A stretch of 60,796 nucleotides of DNA, the filler included, from Hausera hauseri (taxonomy: Eukaryota): the NCBI GenBank assembly GCA_046269625.1. It is 11 parts of 11 records of this genome, joined end to end, with 100 filler letters (N's around TTAATTAATTAA, not from the genome) between each part and the next. Parts side by side here need not be neighbours in the genome. Positions count along the whole stretch, not along the records: positions 21,414 to 31,003 come from JBJURY010336603.1; positions 31,104 to 35,800 come from JBJURY010471245.1; positions 35,901 to 40,555 come from JBJURY010488242.1; 8 more parts are not named here. One strand, written 5' to 3'. This document shows positions 26,780 through 38,991 of the stretch, in pieces. Each line of letters starts with the position of its first letter. The first letter of the stretch is position 1. The notes below the pieces were generated by a model. That model saw only the letters and a program-made list of their open reading frames with translations. It ran no database searches and was not told where the DNA came from. Position numbers and translations under genes: made by a program.

Positions 26780-27900
26780 AGGAAAAAGATTAATAGTTAT
26801 TCCGAAAGGGTTGCGCATAGAAGTACTTATGGCCGAGCACGATTCGTATTTAGCCGGACATGGCTTGGAAGAAGACATTAAAAAGGATATTAAATAAATA
26901 TTACTGGCCAAGCATCTATATTGATGTAAAGAATTGGGCAGGAGCGTGCGAAGTCTGCGCAACAAAACAAAAGAAAACAAAAGGCTACGTAGCAGAATTA
27001 AAACCCATAAACGTACCAGATAGGCCTATGCAAGCCATGTCTATGGATATAGTAGGACCCTTGCTTAAAACTCACAAAAATAAGAGATATATTTTGACAT
27101 GTGTGGACCGACTAACGCATTTCGTAGAACTAGTGGCATTATTAGATCAAAAGGCAGAAACTTTGGCCGACGCAGTAGCAAGAAAAATCATCTGCAGATA
27201 CAGACCACCAGAACAAATTTTGACGGACAGAGGAAGGAACTTTACAAGCGAATTATTTGAAAAAATTACCAAGATATTTAAAATTGAACGATTAACTACT
27301 ACCGCGTATCACCCCCAATGTAATGGGATGGTCGAGCGAATGAACGCAACAGTTATTCGGATTTTATCAACAGTAGTGGCAAAGGACCAAAAAGATTGGG
27401 TGAATTCTTAGAAGGAACACAGTTCGCGATTAATACGACCCCACATCCAGCAACAGGATTTACGCCGTTCTTTATGATGTATGGACGAGAAGCAATGTTA
27501 CCTACCGATCTAGGCATGACCCCATACGAGAAAAACCTCGAAGATTTGGAGCAAAACTTTGCCGAAGTCTTGCAAACAAGATTGCAGAAATGTTGGGAAG
27601 TTGCGAAAATATTATCACTTGAATACCAGGAACAATTTAAAAAACACTGTGATAAAAAGATTAGACCTCATGATCTGGAAAGGGGAAATGGGGTTTATAT
27701 ACATTACCCAGTTGCAAAGAAAGGTACATCCTTAAAATTGACACGTACCGGAAGAGGACCGCATGAAATCGTCCGTACAACTCCAAACACAGTCTATGTA
27801 AATAGAAATGGTAAAGAAGAAGTCGTATCGATTCAAAGAGTAGTTAATACAGATATAAGGCCATCTAAACATTACAATCTAAGACCGCGAGAAAACCTCA
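26780..27900 (+). pseudogene. Integrase (HHCC + DDE core + GPY/F-like tail)
   Basis: HDSYLAGH...CEVC; MDIVGP, TDRGRNF, YHPQCNGMVERMN; TPFFMMYGRE; GRGPHEI; YNLRPR. Confidence 0.95.
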
Positions 27901-28143
27901 TCAATTATCACCAGACCAATATCATACGTTCAGATAATCCTAGCACTATCGCTAATCGCCTCTTATTTTCCAAAAACACAAGCTAGATGATGGTACGACA
28001 AATCCATCTTAGAGAATGGACACGAAACGCAAAAGAATGAGATAAATAAAACCCAAAGACAAAAAGATATGACGTCGTTACAATCCATCACAGTTCCGTA
28101 TTATTCGATGAACTCTACATGCGTTGAATTTACAATATAGAAA

Positions 28144-29293
28144 ATGTACCATGATTCCGGAAGATTTCAAATTGCCCTAGATGATATACTGAAAAAAGGA
28201 ACAAGGAATTGTGATTTCGGACCTAGAGAGCATAGGAAATATTGCATTACGGAATTCGGGAATACTTATAACCTTACTTATCTGCTGTATTCATCAAAAT
28301 TATCTGAAATCTATAAAATGAAACCGCAATTTCAATTAGTTATTACTGCTTGGAACAAGCATCATGGGATAAAACCTAACGAAATGCTCCAGTCCATCAA
28401 CCCAGTAAAGCGGATGCTAAAAGAAAATATTGCCAGTAATTCAGAGAACCCAAGGACAATTGTGTTCAAGTAAAAACAAAAGGACGACTAATTAATGGTC
28501 GAGTAATCTCAGTCCGGTTCCTGAAAGAAAACATACAAGCTCACAATCAACAATACTGCCAAATCGACGTCGAACAACCAACAATATGTTGCAAGTTACC
28601 ACAGAAATATGAGTATAGAATTCAGCTAGATTTATATAAAATCAGAACCAACCAGTCAAGTATTTATTTGGGAAGCTACCGACTCAGAAATCCAGTTAAG
28701 TCGAATTTATTTAATATGACGACGAATGCGGAAATAAAGCCCATTATTCCGGCATTAATGAGAATTACTGCAGCGAATAAATCATCTCAAAAAGAACTAG
28801 AAATAATTCCGGTAAAATACCGGACACAGCAGCGTGAAATAACTTTTGTAGTAGAAAAAGCACTTAATTACGACGTGAGGATAAGCTGCCAAACATCCTA
28901 TAATAATCAGAAAGTGATATTGACAAAAGGGAATGATCGAATCAAATGTGCTTACTTGAAGCCTGAAACAGATTACATTGTACAAATGGAAGCAGAGAAT
29001 AGACAAAGTAAACCGTTCACGGTACGGACCTTAAACAAAATTGTTTCAATAAAATATTAACCGAGGACGAAGCGGAAGATGAAGTGACAACTACTGTTAA
29101 ATTAAAAAGTTCGACCGAACAAGCAATTTTTCCGTTAATATCGATTATTGAAACATTAATGTTCGCTCTCATAATCTTAATTGCGTTTTGCCGATTGATT
29201 ACCAAAAACTGTTGTATTAAGCGACATAAAATCTATGAGAGGGAATTAAGGGTGATGTTACCACAGGATGAAATTAATGATGAAATAACCTGA
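28144..29293 (+). pseudogene. Post-integrase ORF with fibronectin-III-like motif and C-terminal TM segment
   Basis: YLKPETDYIVQMEAEN matches FN3 L.P.T.Y.V.V.A.N; IIETLMFALIILIAFC is hydrophobic and followed by basic residues. Confidence 0.5.
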
Positions 29294-29394
29294 AAACTAC
29301 AGATTGGGTTATTCCACCATCAAACAAAGAATTGGTTCAAATTTCGAGCAATACTTTGTTTTAGGATCGACCCTTATTTTGTATTTTTTTCAGA

Positions 29395-30921
29395 ATGGTA
29401 AGTACGAGCAGCCGACCTAGAATCGACAATTTCTTACAACAGTATGGAACAGTTCTTATTCCAAAATCAAAAGGGATATACCACCGAATTAACGATGCAC
29501 TACGGATTGAAATACATGTCGAATACCGAAAAGTAACTGACATACCCAATGATCTAAAGGGTACTACCGAAGATAACCGCATGGTTTCACTATACGCAAT
29601 GAGAGATAATCACCAGGCTATGTCATATGACCTGAAAGAATTAATCCAAAGTAAAACGATCAGAATGGAAAACGTATTCATACACTTGGCAGACGGGGAA
29701 GTTTATTACAGAATTAAGAATCAACAATTGGACGGAAACGAAGGGCGCCAATATACATTCAGCACATTTAAAATAAGCGGAAAGGGTCTAGAAACCATTT
29801 ACTGCGGATTAGAATTTAGAGTAGCAGCGTTACCTGTCAAGTTGATGTTCGAAGTGACCTACAAAGAGAAGTGCAACTTAGGTTTGCCGGTTCTAGAATT
29901 TGAACAGACTCCAACAGAACAAGAAAAAGACAAACATAAGCAAGTGTATAGATTAGTTCAGGATGGACGTAATATAAGAATTATAGCAATAAATTGTGGC
30001 AGAGGAGATGATGGATATGGAATACCCATCGAGATATCTGTCAGAGAGAGAAATGGAACAGAGATATATTCAACGATCATAAACCCTCGAAAACATGTCC
30101 AGGAATCATATGCAGAAGTGACAGGGTTAAGAAAGGATCAGTTAATAAGCGGAACGGATATCTATCAAGTACGCTCAGAGTTGGAACATTGTCTGTATGG
30201 TTGCATGATAGCCGGCTATTACGTTCAACATGAGATGAAGCTATTAGGGATATCCGATGCAAATATTGCCGGATTTAGGGAAATAGCCTCTCATCCGATA
30301 GTCCAAGAACGAATGGAAAAGATTATACAAGAAAAAAACCGACCAACCGCACCAGAAGCCTTCTTTAAGATGACCATCGAAGCAATGAGCGACAACCCAA
30401 GTAAAATACCAAGACTTCTGACAGCTAGCCAACGGTCCAAATATTTACAAGAAATCTATCTCAAGCTGAAATGGGAACACGAATGGACTCCTAAGAACCC
30501 CACGCAAAATCTACGCAGCTCTATAAACCCTGAACAGATAGATGGAAAATATAGGAAAAATATAAAACTTTATTCCCCAATTCGAACCATTCAGTTTACG
30601 GACAAACATAGCCTCCAGATTACTGTACCAGAACAAAGAACTGAAAACAGGATGGAATCATTAACAATTAGAGAAAAGGAAAAGTTACTACCAGGAACAT
30701 CAAAGCCCCCAGAAGAACGAAGAGAAGAAATAGAACCAACAACAATAAGTAAAAGGATGAAAATAGAAGAGAAACCCAAACCCAGAAAAACATTATCCAT
30801 ATACAACTACCTATTCAAAAGGCGGAAGACAGACGAAGGACAAGAAATAGAAAACCCGCAGAATCAACCAAGCACTTCTCAAAACATTAAGCCGTTAAAA
30901 AAGGAATTAGGAATCCCATAA
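29395..30921 (+). CDS. 508-aa ORF containing a degenerate REX4/ISG20-like DEDDh exonuclease fold
   Basis: IIAINCG...EISVRERNGTEIYSTIINPRKHVQESYAEVTGL...L.GCMIAGY...HEMKLL parallels VAIDCE...RVS....G..IYDT.V.P...VTDY...VSGI...L.G.ILVGH....DL..L. Confidence 0.55.
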   Translation: MVSTSSRPRIDNFLQQYGTVLIPKSKGIYHRINDALRIEIHVEYRKVTDIPNDLKGTTEDNRMVSLYAMRDNHQAMSYDLKELIQSKTIRMENVFIHLADGEVYYRIKNQQLDGNEGRQYTFSTFKISGKGLETIYCGLEFRVAALPVKLMFEVTYKEKCNLGLPVLEFEQTPTEQEKDKHKQVYRLVQDGRNIRIIAINCGRGDDGYGIPIEISVRERNGTEIYSTIINPRKHVQESYAEVTGLRKDQLISGTDIYQVRSELEHCLYGCMIAGYYVQHEMKLLGISDANIAGFREIASHPIVQERMEKIIQEKNRPTAPEAFFKMTIEAMSDNPSKIPRLLTASQRSKYLQEIYLKLKWEHEWTPKNPTQNLRSSINPEQIDGKYRKNIKLYSPIRTIQFTDKHSLQITVPEQRTENRMESLTIREKEKLLPGTSKPPEERREEIEPTTISKRMKIEEKPKPRKTLSIYNYLFKRRKTDEGQEIENPQNQPSTSQNIKPLKKELGIP

Positions 30922-31449
30922 TAACAGAAATCAATGCCTTGATAGGAAAAAGAAGCAAAGAGGATGTACACTTTAAAACAAATCAAGAATTTCCGAGGAT
31001 GCTNNNNNNNNNNNNNNNNNNNNNNNNNNNNNNNNNNNNNNNNNNNNTTAATTAATTAANNNNNNNNNNNNNNNNNNNNNNNNNNNNNNNNNNNNNNNNN
31101 NNNTACGTTTGTCCCGGTTATTGTTCTATAGTTGATGAAATCAACTATGAACAATTTTATAACCAACACAAGGACCACTTACACCAGTTTTAGCGGTCCA
31201 AAAAGATAATATTGATGGCGGCAAGAAAAACCAGTATCCTCTCAACAAGTAGGAAACGTCAGGCCTCAACAAGTCTTGACGACTTAATCCGAAACAGTAC
31301 GAACAGAAGCAGCAGCAGATGCAACAGAAAAAACCTTCCATTGATATCCTGTACGATCTAAACCAATCATATGTGGACCTGAAAGTAAACATGTCGGGGA
31401 AAACATCAGTACAGCTAAGGCATGTTCCGTCCATTGTGAGCAGCCGATT

Positions 31450-34400
31450 GCAATTAGAGGTGGAGAAATTCAAACTCAACAACTGCAAAGCGCAATATTA
31501 TGCACTTGAAGAATTTGAAAAACGTTAAAGGTGACAGGAAACAATGGTATCTGTCACATTGAGCCGTTCCGTATTGGGAAGGTTTTATTGCCAATGTAGG
31601 CAAAAAGTTGAATGAAAAAATCGCCAAATATACCGAAAATGGGTAGTGGATGGCGAATTTTATGAATTCTTACACTCGGCTTTATCATAAAAAAGTCCAG
31701 TGACGTGGTGTATTTGTCTGGACGATCATTTGTCTCTAAAGCGGTCTCTGGCGATAGTGAATGTACAAAATACTGACGATGACGACGAATGCTGTTTTTT
31801 GTACAGTATTCCGGCTGTACTGAAGTACAGCGAAGTGAACCGATATCACGCAAATTGTCCAAATAAGTATCGGCAGTATTTTTCGATTTGCAATTTGATG
31901 AATGCTGGATGCCGATGAAACTGAAAACCATTCCGGCTTTTAAAAGGTGTAATCCGGCGCTGTCAATCAACGTAATATAAATAGTATAATATAATAGTAT
32001 ATATATAATAGTTGAAATACCGGAAGACGAAGAAATTTATAATAATCCCCATGTGGACATAATTTATCGCAGTCGGAACCGAACGGACGCTCGGGAAATT
32101 TGTTGCTGTTAGAGCAGGCGGAAAAATTTCATTATGCAGCAGTGACAAATCTGGATAGTCTGTTGAACGTGGAGCATGACCATTTCATCAAAAAGCAAAT
32201 ACGATGCAAATGGTGTCCTGTATGTCTGCATGGATTCATATCGGAAATAACTAGGGAGAAACACGTTACGCTATGCAGGCAAGAAAATGTGCATCATGCC
32301 TGTTAAAAAGGAGCTCGAATTCAGAGATAGGTCTAAAACGGACATTCCTGCATATATCGAAGCAGTTCTACCACGACACAATGTATACGATGAAAAGCAC
32401 GTTCCAATTGCCATTGGTACGTTGCTAGTACCAATAAAAACCGCCAGACAAACGCAGTATTGCATTTTCCATGGTTGGAACAGTGTACGTGATTTTCTGC
32501 AGCAGTTAGAAACCATAGTGGAAACGGAAGTCTCGCCGTGGTATCGCAACAATTGCAATAAGCCATTGATTTGGACAGACGAATATCAACCGTTGCTTTT
32601 CGCTGTCACCAACGAATGCTACCCGTGCCACATAATATTACCGTTTGATACACAGGAATGGCTCGTACGGGATTACGATCATTTTGCCGGTCGATACTTT
32701 GGGGCAGCATGCAATTCATGCAATTTAGCAAGGCGAGTGAGACCATTCCTGCCGGTGATCTTTCATAATTTCCGAGGTTATGACTGCCACCATATTCTCA
32801 AATAGGCAATTAACGGCTTTCCGCACTGGAAACTGTCCATAATTCCAACGACAATGGAGAAATACCTATCGCTGTCAGCAAGAGTAAACCGATTCCAGGT
32901 ATGCATACTTCATTTATTGCAATTTCTTAATGAATCATTGGCAAAGCTGGTAAACGCCTTGCCAGATGTGCCGATAGCACTTACGCAGTTCCCTGCACAT
33001 ATTGCAAGCAAAAAAGGCATATTTCTATATGACTTTACAACATCATATGAGCGACTCCGGAGAAGCATCGCAGGCATCGCAGATAATGAATATCGGAGAG
33101 CAGAAGAATCTTGAACAGAACTGGGCTATAGAAACATGTTGGATTACATGTCCAGTACCTTAAACTGGATGTGTACTTATTGTTCGATGTGTTTGAAGCA
33201 TTTCGGACCAAAGCGTTGGCGAAAGATAGGTTAAAGCCACTCAACTTTTATTCCATACCAGAAATGAGTTGGACGTCAGCTCTAATGTCACTGGATCGAG
33301 ACATTGAGCTGCTGCAAGACCCGGAAATGTACCGTCTGTTTGATGTTTGTATTCGCGGCGGCATGAAATTTGTCAACAAGCATCAGGTCCGTACTACCGA
33401 TACCGCATCACTGCTGAATATTGATATTAATAACCTGTAAGGCTAGGCGCTTTCGCAACCCTTGTCGTACGGTTCATTTGAATGGGTAGTCTACAGACAA
33501 GATCTGGACGACATAATTGTCAACCTACCACGAGCAGACATGTCAGGCTCAGTCGGATACCTGATAGAGGACGATCTCCAGACAGCAGATGATCTGCATG
33601 ACGTTTCGGACGATTTTCCGGTCGCACCATTTAACGAATGTCCGTCAGACTCAAAAGTGAAGAAACTGTTCATGACGCATAAACCGAAGTTGAATTACGT
33701 TGTCCATTGGCGTCTGCTACAGTTCTAAATGCAGCTCGGTGTACTCGTCACACAGTCGCATCGTGCAATCCGATTTTCTCAGGCTGCCATATTCAAGGCA
33801 TACATAGATGGAAATTCGGAGAAACGAGCCGCAGCTTGTATAAAGTTCGAAATGGACTACTGCAAGCGGAAAAACAATTCTGTGTGAGGAAAAACAGTGG
33901 AGAATCTGCAAAAGCCGCTCAGTGTACGACTATGCAATAGAAAAAAGCGGTTGGTCAAGTACACGATTAAGGCGCAGTTTCGGCGGTAAGTAGACTGCCA
34001 AAGGATTGGTTGCGGTGCTGTTAAACAGAGAAGAAGTCATTCTGTACCAGCCAAGTCACATCGCACAAGTTGTATTGGACCTGAGCAAGTTGCACATGTA
34101 TGAGCTACAGCATCGCGACTTGGCACGTTACCGACAAATGTCTGACGGCTGAAATATTGACATAATTTCCGGTGACACAGACAGTTTTATCCTGTTGCTG
34201 AAAAACGTCAATCGCGAACAGCTATTGCAGCAAATGCAGTCAGATGGATTACTGGACACTTCCAACTACTCACCGGATCATTCGTTATACAGCAGCGCGA
34301 TCACCAATAAAATCGGCTGCTTCAAGGATGAAAGTGAAGGTCGCGTTCAGTATCGGGAATGGATATATCTACGGCCAAAATATTACAGCCTTCTAACTGA

Positions 34401-34652
34401 CGGTGGATCGAAAATGCGCGCCAAAGGAATTCAGTTGGCCCAGATGGAAATAAACCACGTGATTATCGCCGTGTCTATGAAGAAGAAGAAGGCCAATCAA
34501 AGTCTATTGTGTCACAAACGATCATAAAATCGACTGAGCACCAGTTTTATAGTGTGATCAATACAAAAGTCGCTTTATCATGCAACGATGATAAGCATAA
34601 GCGGGTGTTGCGAAAAAAGAGTTGGGCGTACGGACATTGGCGTTTGGAATAA
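31450..34652 (+). pseudogene. Near full-length protein-primed PolB (Polinton/Adintovirus-like) with endonuclease-VII-like insert
   Basis: ENGSGW, IVNVQN..D..CFLYSI, RDYDHFAGRYFGAACNSCNL, FHNFRGYDCH, IRGG, DINNL, KNNS..GKT, SGDTDSF, LDTSNY, LRPKYYS, DDK...YGHW; many stops and frameshifts. Confidence 0.9.
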
Positions 34653-34882
34653 AACACGCATGAATTCGGTGATGATGATACAGACAGATCAAATTACTGT
34701 GTCAATTCATTGTGATCTGTTTGTTTTTTATAAATAATGTATATTATTCGTTGTTTTTGCCTTTTGTTTTATTATCATTTAATTTATCTATTTAACTTAA
34801 TGTGACGAGAAAACATATGAAAAAGAAACAAAATCAATAAAATTTATTATTCATCATAAGCTAAAATCAAAAACAAAGTAAG

Positions 34883-35347
34883 TCAAATCAGCGTAAACTT
34901 TACCAGCTTCCATATTGGTGATTTAACGCCATGCAGATTCTTGTATCCTTTAAACTTTAATTTTAGATGGCCTTTAGCTACTTCCGGTGGCAAAACTGCT
35001 GCTGCTCCTGCTGCTGTTTCGCCGCCATGTGAACTGACAATTTTTGTCATATTTCCTTGGGGAAAAATCCACGATGTATTTCGGATATCGTTACTCAACA
35101 CCAAATCACTGTCAACTTTTATAATTGTTTCTTCCATTGTATCCAAATCATCGTCGCTGATCTTTCTCAACAATAAACCGTATTGCACCGGTTTCATTTT
35201 GACCGTTTGCATCAATGGCAATTGAATAGTGTCGCGCAGATAATATAAGTTGTATCCATTATACAATTGGGAATTTCTGAGCGAATATTCGCTGTAACGT
35301 GGCTTTTTTGAGAGATTGTTACTTGTTGAATTGTTTTCCAAAGACAT
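34883..35347 (-). CDS. Hypothetical ~154-aa protein convergent with PolB
   Basis: Intact ORF from ATG MSLENN...; no recognised motif. Confidence 0.4.
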   Translation of the reverse strand: MSLENNSTSNNLSKKPRYSEYSLRNSQLYNGYNLYYLRDTIQLPLMQTVKMKPVQYGLLLRKISDDDLDTMEETIIKVDSDLVLSNDIRNTSWIFPQGNMTKIVSSHGGETAAGAAAVLPPEVAKGHLKLKFKGYKNLHGVKSPIWKLVKFTLI

Positions 35348-35384
35348 TTTTAAATAAGACAAATTTGAAATGAAATTCCATCCA

Positions 35385-35718
35385 TATATATTCGTTGACA
35401 CAAAACAATCCCCATTGTTGCGGTGATATTCCACTGAATTTCGCCTTTTCACAGCGAAGAAAAACGATTTGTGCGATTGCACTGTCTTTCGCAATATCAT
35501 ACAATAGTCCGGATTAGTTTTCCAGCAACACCTTAATTTCACCACGAAAGCCTGAATCAATAACACATCCCGCAACCGTCGGTTCGAGCTTTTCCAGTCC
35601 GCTTTTCGAAATTATCGTATTGACATTGGAACATCGTAGCCTACATTTTTGCTGTAACACATCTCGGTACAAAGGCATTTTCTTTTGTTAAGATAATCTT
35701 TACATTATTCCTTATCAT
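35385..35718 (-). pseudogene. dut: dUTPase pseudogene
   Basis: Manual translation: ENAFVP...VGYDV (motif I), ISKSGL (II), VIDSGFRGEIKVLL.N (III), AIAQIVF (IV), RNNGDCFVST (V-like). One stop, frameshifts and a deletion between motifs I and II. Confidence 0.8.
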
Positions 35719-35900
35719 TATTCTTATGACTATTTTTTTTAAAATTACACGTATATATATACTCGTTAATTGGGCTAATGAAAGAAGAAGAACGGTAAAA
35801 NNNNNNNNNNNNNNNNNNNNNNNNNNNNNNNNNNNNNNNNNNNNTTAATTAATTAANNNNNNNNNNNNNNNNNNNNNNNNNNNNNNNNNNNNNNNNNNNN

Positions 35901-36550
35901 ACTGCTGCCAACCTCTGTTTGTGCAACAAAGATAACGGAGTCTGTTGCATTCTTCATATGTAAGGATCTGCGGCCGTACAGTGTCGTGGAAAACGCAGGT
36001 TTTAATATATGCCAGTTCTGTTCATGGGCAAAAAAATAAATAATAAAAAAAATATCTACAAGGACTCTAATTTAAGTTTACACACATAGCTATACTTTTT
36101 TGTTAGTTTTACATTTGTTCTACAGATTCAAAGTATTACTGTGAAGAAGCTTTATTTTCAGAAGCATTACTGTTCATTTTTTCATTATTACATGTTACAA
36201 GAGGAAAGGAGAATCATTTAAGTTTACATGCACTTTATTTCAATATTTATTACAGTAATGTCCTTTTTTATGTTTGCACTCTGTTTTATTGTTAATATTT
36301 TTCAGATACTTTATTTTTCAATTATGTTAATATATGACAGTTCTGTTCATGGGCACAAAAATAAATATAAAAAAATTATCTACAGGGACTCTAATTTATT
36401 ATTTATGTATTTTTTGATTATGAAAGTGATTTTGAAGCAAAACTGAATCGAATTGCAACTGAATCAAATCGAATCGAAATTGAATCGAATCGTGACCCAA
36501 TGAATTGTAATTGAATTGAATTGTGAGGTTGTTAACAATACCCAGCCCTA
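35901..36550 (+). mobile_element. 3' part of an internally deleted hAT (ZBED1-like) DNA transposon
   Basis: KITESVAFFICKDLRPYSVVENAGF; subterminal GAATC/GAATT repeats; terminus ...CCCAGCCCTA. Confidence 0.7.
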
Positions 36551-38991
36551 GTCATTAGTCCATGTGGACACCAACCATAAGCTTATACGGTAAGGCATTT
36601 ATTTACTTAATTTTATCTTTATGCATCCATCCATTTAGGGTGCTAACTGCCATCTTTTGTTTCCAAGGTACAACATCGTGATATTTGGTGGAATAGATGG
36701 GTACTCAAGAAAGGTTTGTCACCTTTTATTGGAGTGTTTTATTATATACACGTTTGTGTTCATGTATTCACTATCTGTTAAATGCAAAGGAGTTACCCAC
36801 ACAGTTCACAGACATTAATAACAAATTGTTAAATTGGTCATAATGTTTTATTATAATTTACTCTATTGCTTCAAGTAGATGTCAGATGACAATGATAGGG
36901 ACCAATACTGGTTCACAGACCACTATCACTCCTGCTCAGTGGTCTTCTAGTGTGGTTTCCTGTATATACTCCTTTAAAATTAAAAAGGAAAAGGAGTCGC
37001 ATTTAGAAAGACTTCAGTATTTAGGAATACTGTATTAAGGAATACAGAATGTTTTTTTGAGATTTTGGTCAATCATATGTAAAGTAATATAGTGGTAAAA
37101 GGGAGGGGACAAGAAGATAATGAGAAGAATGAGAGGTCAAGAGTATCAGGAGGATGATAAAAGCAGGAGGGAAAAGGAATGAGAGCAGGAATTCAACATT
37201 CTACAACTTATATTCTGAACTTTAATCAGAATTTTGTTAATTCTAATTGATTTCTATGACTGTGAAAACCATGTACCCTCAAAGTACATGCTAAATCATG
37301 TATCAGAAAGCTTATTTCAATTACTACCATTATTTTTGTAATTATGCTTTTGGTTCCATATTTTTAACTATTCCCTATGTTGCTTGGACTTCTAAATTTT
37401 CTCCTTGAGATTAATGAAAAATATTTTTGTCTTTTTTGTTTTTGGCCTAAGTGTTCTGCGTCCCCGATTGAAAGAGTATTTTTAATTGTGTTTTTATACA
37501 GATTTTTTATCTGGAACCATCAACAAATAACCGCTCAAGCACTGCTCATTCATTTTTTATGAAGGGAGTTGAAAACTATGGCTGGCCTTCCAGGTAAAGA
37601 ATGATATAAACTTGGCCTATTGTTCCCATGCTCCATTTACTCGTTTCAGTACTGTCTAATGGAATATTTTGTTATGATGCAGATGACTGAACATTTTTCT
37701 CATGTATTTTCAAGGGTTAGGGCCGACGAAGGTGTTGAAAATGTCTCCATTGCTGAAACCATGTTCACTGTGAAAGGCACTGGAAGAGGGAGCTTCATAG
37801 CTGGGCGGAGTGTACATAATCAAAGGTTAGACTGTTATTTCACATAATTTACAGGATGTTGATAGTAAGATGTAAAATGGGCAATAATTATTGTAAAGTA
37901 TTTTCTGTAACAGTTGAAATGATCAGTTTTCAGTTGAATAATACCTGCTTCTGATCTAGAATTGAGCGCCTGTGGCGCGATGTCTGGACCAGCGTGACAC
38001 ACATTTTCTATGAAGTTCTGCACAGTTTGGAGGAAGATGGCCTGTTGGATTTGGCAGATTCTGTTCATCTTTTCTGTGTACACTACATTTTCGTTCCGCG
38101 TCTGGCAGAGGCCCTGCATACCTTCACAGAAGGCTGGGACAACCATCCCTTAAGGTCAGAAGGTGGACTTTCGCCAAACCAGCTCTGGGTTTTGGGTCAC
38201 ATGAAGAACCCTTGTGACCCCGACGAAGATCTGCAGGTTTGTTAAAGCTCAGACTTGGAAGTGCTGTGGCTAAAGGTTAAGTGCAGGGGACAACTTTTTA
38301 ACCTGTATATGTGGAAGCTGCAGTTTAAAAACAGTCACATTTATTTTAATTGGAATGGAATAAATATCTTCAAAAGTGTGAAAACAGTAGGCAACAAGAT
38401 AAAAATTGAGCAAATTGTTGATTGATAAACAAGCATGTTTGTGAAACTTTATTGAAGTGTTCACACAAACGGAGAAAGTCAGCAAGGCAAAATTTGATAG
38501 ATGTAACATGTATGATTGGTGCACTTTACTCACCGGTCAAATGGTTTTGGTGTCAATGGACTATTCCTGTGTTGGTCAGTATGTGCATTGATCTTTTTAA
38601 ATATTTTGTTTGTTTGGTAGCTTAATTGCCTCTATCTATATTTTACTTATACAGTCCTAATTCACTGTGCATTATTGTGCTGAAAACCTTTCAATGAGAT
38701 GGGCAGTTATTCTATGGAGCTAACAAGTGTTGTTTTATGCTTTTTTTTTGCTTTTTTTAGAACATGGAATCATTTGGAACTGACTGGGAGATGTTTGATG
38801 CTGTGCCTGAGGAACCATATGGAGTTCAAGTCCAGGAAACTGACTGTCCTCTGAATCCACATATCATGGAAAGTGTTCAGTCCATGATAAATCCATTGGC
38901 ATCTTCAGAATCATTTGGCAGAGACATTTACATAACAATGGTTCACTGCATAGAAAGTGTAAGGGCAACAGAAGAAATGTCTGAGATATAA
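36551..38991 (+). CDS. Spliced DDE integrase-core (rve / IS3-IS481-like) protein, 5' part missing or interrupted by the hAT
   Basis: Exons [13 protein letters not shown] | [15 protein letters not shown] | IFYL...YGWPSR | VRADEGVEN...[15 protein letters not shown] | IERLWRDV...[18 protein letters not shown] | ...; GT-AG introns. Confidence 0.8.

Larger units (their letters stand above)
21414..31003 (+). mobile_element. Ty3/Gypsy-type LTR retroelement (internal part): AT-hook / glycoprotein - PR - RT - RH - IN - extra 3' ORFs; decayed
   Basis: Domain order PR-RT-RH-IN is Gypsy-type; individual domains are listed separately. Confidence 0.9.

Noticed and set aside
16797-35800. A single composite Gypsy-PolB super-element
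   Set aside because: Pieces are separated by artificial spacers. The one real adjacency (LTR next to PolB at about 19417-20040) is most simply a nested or neighbouring insertion.
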